NCBI GenBank assembly: GCA_046539845.1
Contig: JBKHGE010000024.1
Coordinates: 1 to 33,531, forward strand
DNA length: 33,531 bases
Direction of reading: 5' to 3'
DNA from: Desulfonatronovibrionaceae bacterium
GTDB taxonomy: Bacteria > Desulfobacterota > Desulfovibrionia > Desulfovibrionales > Desulfonatronovibrionaceae
Of the stretch, positions 27,979 to 33,531 are shown in pieces (position 1 is the first letter of the stretch; each line of letters starts with the position of its first letter). Below the pieces are notes generated by a model. The model searched no databases. It saw only the letters and a list, made by a program, of their open reading frames with translations, and was not told the DNA's origin. Both the position numbers and the translations under genes were made by a program.

Positions 27979-29712
27979 CTAATTCCCGGATCCGGCAGAG
28001 CCGCTTTGCAGTTCTCCCAGGATACGCACCGCCTCCGCAGGGACATCCTCCAGGGGGACCTCAGACTTTTCCCCTGTTTTGCGTATCTTGATCTCGGCCA
28101 CGCCTTTCTCCAGCCCCTTGGCCCCGACAACCACCTGTATGGGTACGCCTATGAGATCCGCGTCCTTGAATTTGACCCCGGGTCTTTCCGCCCGGTCATC
28201 CAGCAGACACTCCAGTCCATAGTCCTTTAGCGCGGCATACATCTTCTGGACTGCTTGCCATATCGTCCCGTCCCCGGGGTTGAGGGCCAGCAAAAGTACC
28301 TCCCACGGGGCTATAGCCGGCGGGAAGACGATCCCGTTTTCGTCGTGGCTCTGTTCTATGCACGCGGCCAGCACCCGGGTTACTCCTATACCGTAGCAGC
28401 CCATTATCATGGGCTTTTCCTGGCCATTTTGGTCCAAAAAATTCGCCTTCAGGGCCCGGCTGTATTTCGTGCCCAGCATAAAGATATGCCCCACCTCTAT
28501 TCCCCTGGTAAACTCCAACCTCTTCCCGCACGCCGGGCAGGGATCATCGGGGGCGATCTCCCGCAGATCCACATATCCAGTGATCTGACAGTCCCGGGCC
28601 GGATCAAAGTGCACAAGATGGGCGTCCGAAGTATTGGCCCCAACCACGAAATCGTTGCGGTTTTCCAGCTCCCGGTCCGCATAGATCTCCTCCACCTTCA
28701 AGCCCACCGGCCCGGCGAAGCCAACCGGGGCCCCGGACCAACTGCGCACCTTTTCTGCCGAGGCCAGGGACAGCTCTGTGGCTCCTAAAAAATTCTTCAG
28801 CTTGACCTCGTTTAAATCTCGATCCCCGCGAATCATGACCGCCACTGCCCGGCCGTCCGATTCATACAATAGGGTCTTTAATATTTTTTCCCTACCCACA
28901 TGCAGAAGATCAGCCACCTGATCCACTGTATGGGCATTCGGAGTACTTATCTTTTCCGGTTCCGGACAGGACGGCGCGGAATCCGGCGCCGCGGTTTTGA
29001 CCTCGGCCTTTTCCAGATTGGCCGCATATGAACAGGCCGGACAAACCACGATCACGTCCTCCCCGGTCTCGGCCAGGACCATAAATTCCTGGGAGACGCT
29101 TCCGCCTATGGCCCCGGAATCAGCATCCACGCCGCGGAATTCAAGACCCAGCCTGGAGAATATGCTTTCATAGGCCAGGCGCATCTCCTCGTAGCTTTTG
29201 GCGGCACCATCTTCATCCCGGTCAAAGGAATAGGCATCCTTCATAATAAATTCCCGACCACGCATGAGACCGAATCTGGGGCGTATTTCATCCCGGAATT
29301 TGGTCTGCACCTGATACATATTCACCGGGAGCTGCTTGTAAGAACGGATTTCCCCGCGGACCAGATCAGTGATGACTTCTTCATGAGTCGGCCCCAGACA
29401 ATAATCACGGCCGTGGCGGTCTTGAAAACGCAACAGTTCCTTCCCGTAGTGCTCCCAGCGGCCGGACTCCTTCCACACATCTCCGGGCTGGACCGCGGGA
29501 AGCCGGATCTCTACCGCCCCGAACCGATCCATTTCCTCACGTATGATGCGATTTATTTTCTGCAAAGCCCGCCAGCCGGCCGGGAGATAGGAATAGATTC
29601 CCGAGGTGAGCTTGCGGATCATGCCTGCGCGCAGTAAAAGCTTATGGCTGACTATCTCGGCCTCGGCCGGGACTTCTTTCAGAGTGGGAATATAATTCCT
29701 GGTCCAATACAC
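27979..29712 (-). CDS. proS: Proline--tRNA ligase
   Basis: [25 protein letters not shown], editing insertion domain, MGCYGIG; GTG 29712 fits the AAGGAG RBS spacing. Confidence 0.97.
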   Translation of the reverse strand: MYWTRNYIPTLKEVPAEAEIVSHKLLLRAGMIRKLTSGIYSYLPAGWRALQKINRIIREEMDRFGAVEIRLPAVQPGDVWKESGRWEHYGKELLRFQDRHGRDYCLGPTHEEVITDLVRGEIRSYKQLPVNMYQVQTKFRDEIRPRFGLMRGREFIMKDAYSFDRDEDGAAKSYEEMRLAYESIFSRLGLEFRGVDADSGAIGGSVSQEFMVLAETGEDVIVVCPACSYAANLEKAEVKTAAPDSAPSCPEPEKISTPNAHTVDQVADLLHVGREKILKTLLYESDGRAVAVMIRGDRDLNEVKLKNFLGATELSLASAEKVRSWSGAPVGFAGPVGLKVEEIYADRELENRNDFVVGANTSDAHLVHFDPARDCQITGYVDLREIAPDDPCPACGKRLEFTRGIEVGHIFMLGTKYSRALKANFLDQNGQEKPMIMGCYGIGVTRVLAACIEQSHDENGIVFPPAIAPWEVLLLALNPGDGTIWQAVQKMYAALKDYGLECLLDDRAERPGVKFKDADLIGVPIQVVVGAKGLEKGVAEIKIRKTGEKSEVPLEDVPAEAVRILGELQSGSAGSGN

Positions 29713-29794
29713 TTGCATGCTCCTTAACAAAAAATTTAAAAAAAATTAAAAGCCATAAAAAGTTTTATATTTTAAAAACGCGTTTTTTTCAAAC

Positions 29795-29818
29795 CAATTT
29801 GCCGCGAGCGGCAAATTG
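29795..29818. terminator. Hairpin between ispG and proS (possible terminator or processing site)
   Basis: CAATTTGCCGC-GA-GCGGCAAATTG perfect inverted repeat; U-tract weak. Confidence 0.5.
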
Positions 29819-29832
29819 AAACAACGCTTCAA

Positions 29833-30906
29833 CTAGCTAACTCCCCTGTCCTCCAAAAATCTTTCCACCTCGCGCATAAATTCCTCCAGGAGGTTCTCGT
29901 TGCCGTGTACCTTGCGCAACACCTGGCCCCGGGCAAAGATAATCCCGCAGTCCTTGCCCCCGGCCAAGCCGATGTCTGCTTCTCTGGCTTCGCCCGGACC
30001 GTTGACCACGCAGCCCATGACCGCGACCTTGAAGTCCTTTTGTACCTCTCTTAGTCTGTCTTCAACCGCATTCGCCAGGGAGATGAGATCAATCTCGGTC
30101 CGGCCACAGGTGGGACAGGAGATTATCTCCGGCCCCCGGCGGCGCAGATTCAAAGAACGCAAAATCTCCCAGGCCACCTTGACCTCTTCCACCGGATCTG
30201 CGGTAAGCGAGACACGCAGGGTGTCTCCTATGCCTTCATTTAAAAGGATACCCAGCCCGATTGCAGACTTGACCGTGCCCCGCATAAACGTCCCGGCCTC
30301 GGTCACCCCGATGTGCAAGGGATAATCCACCCGGCGGCTGAGTTCACGGTAGGCCTGCACCGTACTTTGCACGTCAGAGGACTTGAGTGATATCTTGATC
30401 CTGGTGAAACCCCTATCCTCCAGGATAGCCACATGCTCCAGGGCGCTTTCCACCATGGCCTGTGGTGTAGGTCCGCCGAAACGCTCGAGCATGCGGCGGG
30501 AAAGTGATCCGGCATTCACACCGATACGAATGGGAACCTTCCTTTCCCCGGCCGTCTCCACCACCCGGTCCACCTTGTCCCTGGAGCCGATATTTCCCGG
30601 ATTGATCCGCAGGCCGTCCACCCCGGCCTCCAAAGATTTTAAGGCCAGGCGGTAGTCAAAATGGATATCCGCGACCAAGGGAACCGGAGAATCGGCCTTT
30701 ATTCCGGGCAATGTCGCGGCCGCCTCTTCATCCGGAACCGCAAGGCGAACTATCTCGCACCCGGCGTTGGCCAGTGAGCGTATCTGGGCCAGAGTGGATT
30801 CCCGGTCCCTGGTGTCCGTATTGGCCATGCTCTGCACCCGGACCGGATTGTCGCCGCCTACCCCGATAGGGCCGATTTTCACTTCTGTGGTCATTCTTTT
30901 TGACAT
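29833..30906 (-). CDS. ispG: (E)-4-hydroxy-3-methylbut-2-enyl-diphosphate synthase
   Basis: VQSM, ADIHFD, RINPGN, SCPTCGR, MGCVVNGPGEA. Confidence 0.97.
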   Translation of the reverse strand: MSKRMTTEVKIGPIGVGGDNPVRVQSMANTDTRDRESTLAQIRSLANAGCEIVRLAVPDEEAAATLPGIKADSPVPLVADIHFDYRLALKSLEAGVDGLRINPGNIGSRDKVDRVVETAGERKVPIRIGVNAGSLSRRMLERFGGPTPQAMVESALEHVAILEDRGFTRIKISLKSSDVQSTVQAYRELSRRVDYPLHIGVTEAGTFMRGTVKSAIGLGILLNEGIGDTLRVSLTADPVEEVKVAWEILRSLNLRRRGPEIISCPTCGRTEIDLISLANAVEDRLREVQKDFKVAVMGCVVNGPGEAREADIGLAGGKDCGIIFARGQVLRKVHGNENLLEEFMREVERFLEDRGVS

Positions 30907-31016
30907 GTTGGACTTCCCAGGTTTACTGTCGGTATTCAGACTTCAGAATATAGACTCCGGCCGCTGAATGCCGCTATTACTATGATATTCACTACCGTTA
31001 GGCAACAGGAGGGGGA

Positions 31017-31973
31017 ATGGACCATCCCGCAAAACCGGTAATCGGCATAAGTACCTGTCTTCTGGGCGAAAATGTCCGCTACGACGGAGGACATAAGCTG
31101 GACCGTTTCATCCGGGACACGCTGGGCAAATATGTACGCTTCGTTCCGGTCTGCCCAGAGGTGGAATGCGGCATGGGCGTCCCCAGAGAGGCCCTGCGAT
31201 TGGTCGGTGACCCGGAAAACCCCCGGCTTAGGACTCAAAAAACCCGCCGGGATTGTACCCAACAGATGCAGACCTGGGGCCGGGATAAACTTAAAAAACT
31301 GGAAAAAGAAAACCTGGACGGATACATATTCAAGAGCAAATCCCCGAGCAGTGGCATGCAGCGGATAAAGGTGTACAACGACAAGGGACATCCCGTACCC
31401 AAAGGGGTGGGTATATGGGCGCGTATGTTCATGGACCATTTCCCGCTTTTGCCGGTAGAGGATGACGGTCGGCTGAATGATCCGGTACTCAGGGAAAATT
31501 TCATCTCCCGAATATTTATTCTTGCCGGATGGAGAAAACTGTTGGCAAAAGATAAGACCCCAAAAGGCCTTGTGGATTTTCATACCCGGCACAAACTGCT
31601 TATCATGGCCCACCACCTGCCTACATACAGGGAGATGGGAAGGCTTGTGGCCAATTGGGATAAAGAGCCGGTCGCTGAGCTTTATTCCCTGTACCAGAAA
31701 AAACTTGTCTATGTTTTGTCCCTTAAACAAACGGTAAAAAAGAACGTAAACGTGCTTCAACACGCGGCCGGATACTTCAAAAAGGATATCACCGGAGAGG
31801 AAAAAAAAGAGCTACAGGAAATCATAGACAATTACCGTCAGGAACTGCTCCCCCTGATCGTTCCGGTGACCCTTATCAACCACTATGTACGTAAATACGA
31901 GAAAACATACCTCAAAGACCAAGTATACCTTAATCCCCATCCAATGGAATTGAAATTGAGGAATCATGTCTGA
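31017..31973 (+). CDS. DUF523 (TudS-like) plus DUF1722 fusion, YbgA family
   Basis: ISTCLLGENVRYDGGHK, VCPEV..G.GVPRE, KSPSSG, EDDGRL, FH..HK...MAH, C-terminal YL.PHP.EL.LRNH. Confidence 0.9.
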   Translation: MDHPAKPVIGISTCLLGENVRYDGGHKLDRFIRDTLGKYVRFVPVCPEVECGMGVPREALRLVGDPENPRLRTQKTRRDCTQQMQTWGRDKLKKLEKENLDGYIFKSKSPSSGMQRIKVYNDKGHPVPKGVGIWARMFMDHFPLLPVEDDGRLNDPVLRENFISRIFILAGWRKLLAKDKTPKGLVDFHTRHKLLIMAHHLPTYREMGRLVANWDKEPVAELYSLYQKKLVYVLSLKQTVKKNVNVLQHAAGYFKKDITGEEKKELQEIIDNYRQELLPLIVPVTLINHYVRKYEKTYLKDQVYLNPHPMELKLRNHV

Positions 31974-33507
31974 AAAAATCAACACTTCGGACAAACCCGT
32001 ACTGATCCTCGGAGGGACGGGTTATGTCGGAGGCCGACTGATACCCCTGCTTTTATCCCGGGGAATAAACGTCAGGGCCGCGGTCAGGACCCCAAAAAAA
32101 CTTGCGTGTCGACCGTTTGCCTCTTCTCCCGGATTGGAAACTGTCAAATGCGATGTTTTAGACCGCAATTCACTTTTAAAAGCAAGCACGGGGTGTCGAG
32201 CCGCATATTATCTCGTGCACTCCATGAGCGGCAAGGACCATTCCCAGTTCGCTAAAAAGGACAGAAAAGCAGCGGAAAACATGGTTCATGCGGCGGATAA
32301 AGCTACAATGAGTCAGCTAATCTATCTGGGCGGACTTGGGGACGCCAACGCGGAACTAAGCCCGCATTTAAAATCCCGGCTGGAAGTCGGAAAAGTTCTA
32401 GGCTCGGGAAATACCCCACTTACTTTCCTGCGCGCGGCTATGATCCTCGGGGCAGGGAGTGCCTCATTTGAAATCCTGCGCCATCTGGCGGACAGACTTC
32501 CGATCATGATCACTCCCAGATGGGTTCACACCCAATGCCAGCCCATAGCTATAAGCACGGTTTTGCGCTACCTGGCCGATTGCCTTGACCATCCGCTGGC
32601 TTTGGGCAAAAATTTCGACATTGGCGGGCCGGACATACTTACTTACGCCAAATTATTTCAATTGTACGCTAAAGTCGCCGGACTACATAAACGTATCATA
32701 ATCCCAGTCCCTTTTCTTACCCCCGGATTGAGTTCAAGATGGATACACATGGTCACCCCGGTCCCAGCCTCGATGGCTAGGCCACTGGCTGAAGGACTTT
32801 CCAACACCGTTGTCTGCCGGGAAAACGAAATAAGCAAAATATCGCCCGAACCTCCCATATCGTGTAGAGAAGCCATATCCAGGGCCATCGGGAAAAACGT
32901 GGAAAACACCGATACCTGTTGGTCGGATGCCGGACTGCTTGAGACTCCGGAATGGCTGGGGTGCTCGGATGCCACCTATGCCGGACCGAAAATAATGCAG
33001 AGCAACCATTATGCCCAGTTTGAAGCCGAACCGGAAGATATCTGGCCGGTCCTGACCTCCCTGGGCGGAGAAAATGGCTGGCTTTTCGCTGGAATTCTCT
33101 GGAAAATAAGAGGGTTTGCAGACAGAATTATTGGAGGTAGCGGACTGCATCGGGGAAGAAGACAGCCCGGTGAGCTGAGAATCGGAGATGCACTCGATTT
33201 CTGGCGGGTTCTTGAGATTGTAGAAAATAAAGAATTAACACTTATAGCTGAAATGAAGCTTCCCGGAGAAGCAATCTTGAGTTTCGATCTGGAAAAAACA
33301 GGAGACAAGAAAACAGTTTTAAGGCAAAAATCCAGCTTTGCTCCTCGCGGTCTGGCCGGAATTGTATACTGGTATTCGCTGCTTCCTTTTCACTCCTGGA
33401 TATTTAAAGGCATGCTCAGAAAAATAGCTGAAAAAAGTAAGCACACGATTATCTCCGGGCCAAACAAGCTTAATTCCTTTCCCGGATCCACATGCAAATT
33501 TATATAA
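31966..33507 (+). CDS. NAD(P)-binding SDR-like protein with C-terminal DUF2867 (YbjT-like)
   Basis: GGTGYVGG, YYLVHSM, GSASFEI, GDALDFWRV, AEMKLPGEA; overlaps the upstream stop by 8 nt. Confidence 0.88.
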   Translation: MSEKINTSDKPVLILGGTGYVGGRLIPLLLSRGINVRAAVRTPKKLACRPFASSPGLETVKCDVLDRNSLLKASTGCRAAYYLVHSMSGKDHSQFAKKDRKAAENMVHAADKATMSQLIYLGGLGDANAELSPHLKSRLEVGKVLGSGNTPLTFLRAAMILGAGSASFEILRHLADRLPIMITPRWVHTQCQPIAISTVLRYLADCLDHPLALGKNFDIGGPDILTYAKLFQLYAKVAGLHKRIIIPVPFLTPGLSSRWIHMVTPVPASMARPLAEGLSNTVVCRENEISKISPEPPISCREAISRAIGKNVENTDTCWSDAGLLETPEWLGCSDATYAGPKIMQSNHYAQFEAEPEDIWPVLTSLGGENGWLFAGILWKIRGFADRIIGGSGLHRGRRQPGELRIGDALDFWRVLEIVENKELTLIAEMKLPGEAILSFDLEKTGDKKTVLRQKSSFAPRGLAGIVYWYSLLPFHSWIFKGMLRKIAEKSKHTIISGPNKLNSFPGSTCKFI

Positions 33508-33531
33508 TCGGATAACAGGCGACTTCCGGGC

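Noticed and set aside
32335..32348. Exact 14-bp copy (CTTGGGGACGCCAA) of the tRNA-Glu 3' end (20828-20841), resembling an attR site
   Set aside because: It lies in-frame within the YLGGLGDA coding stretch, the interval contains core genes (proS, ispG, ispA), and there is no integrase; most likely chance
1..33531. CRISPR array, transposase, integrase or defence genes
   Set aside because: No regularly spaced repeats or matching protein motifs were seen

Overview
A 33.5 kb, mostly core-genome bacterial segment. Gene order (ispG-proS-xseA-M23-xseB-ispA; fabD-argS-SPOR; dapL) and promoter style suggest a Desulfovibrionales-type sulfate reducer, possibly salt-adapted (inference, no search run). 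It holds about 30 CDS, four tRNA genes (His-GUG, Leu-CAA, Gln-CUG, Glu-UUC) and several terminators and sigma70-like promoters. I found no integrase, transposase or CRISPR array. The most interesting parts are: (1) an overlapping putative amidoligase + C26 gamma-glutamyl hydrolase pair followed by a stand-alone Cys-rich PAS gene and DUF362; (2) a compact operon of pyruvoyl arginine decarboxylase, agmatinase and a deoxyhypusine-synthase-like gene; (3) a GntR/FadR regulator-betA-betaine-binding-protein module with visible operators but no betI or betB; (4) a DUF523-DUF1722 protein whose SPSCG cluster motif reads SPSSG; (5) a tandem ARG-box-like site upstream of dapL. All calls come from reading motifs by eye.
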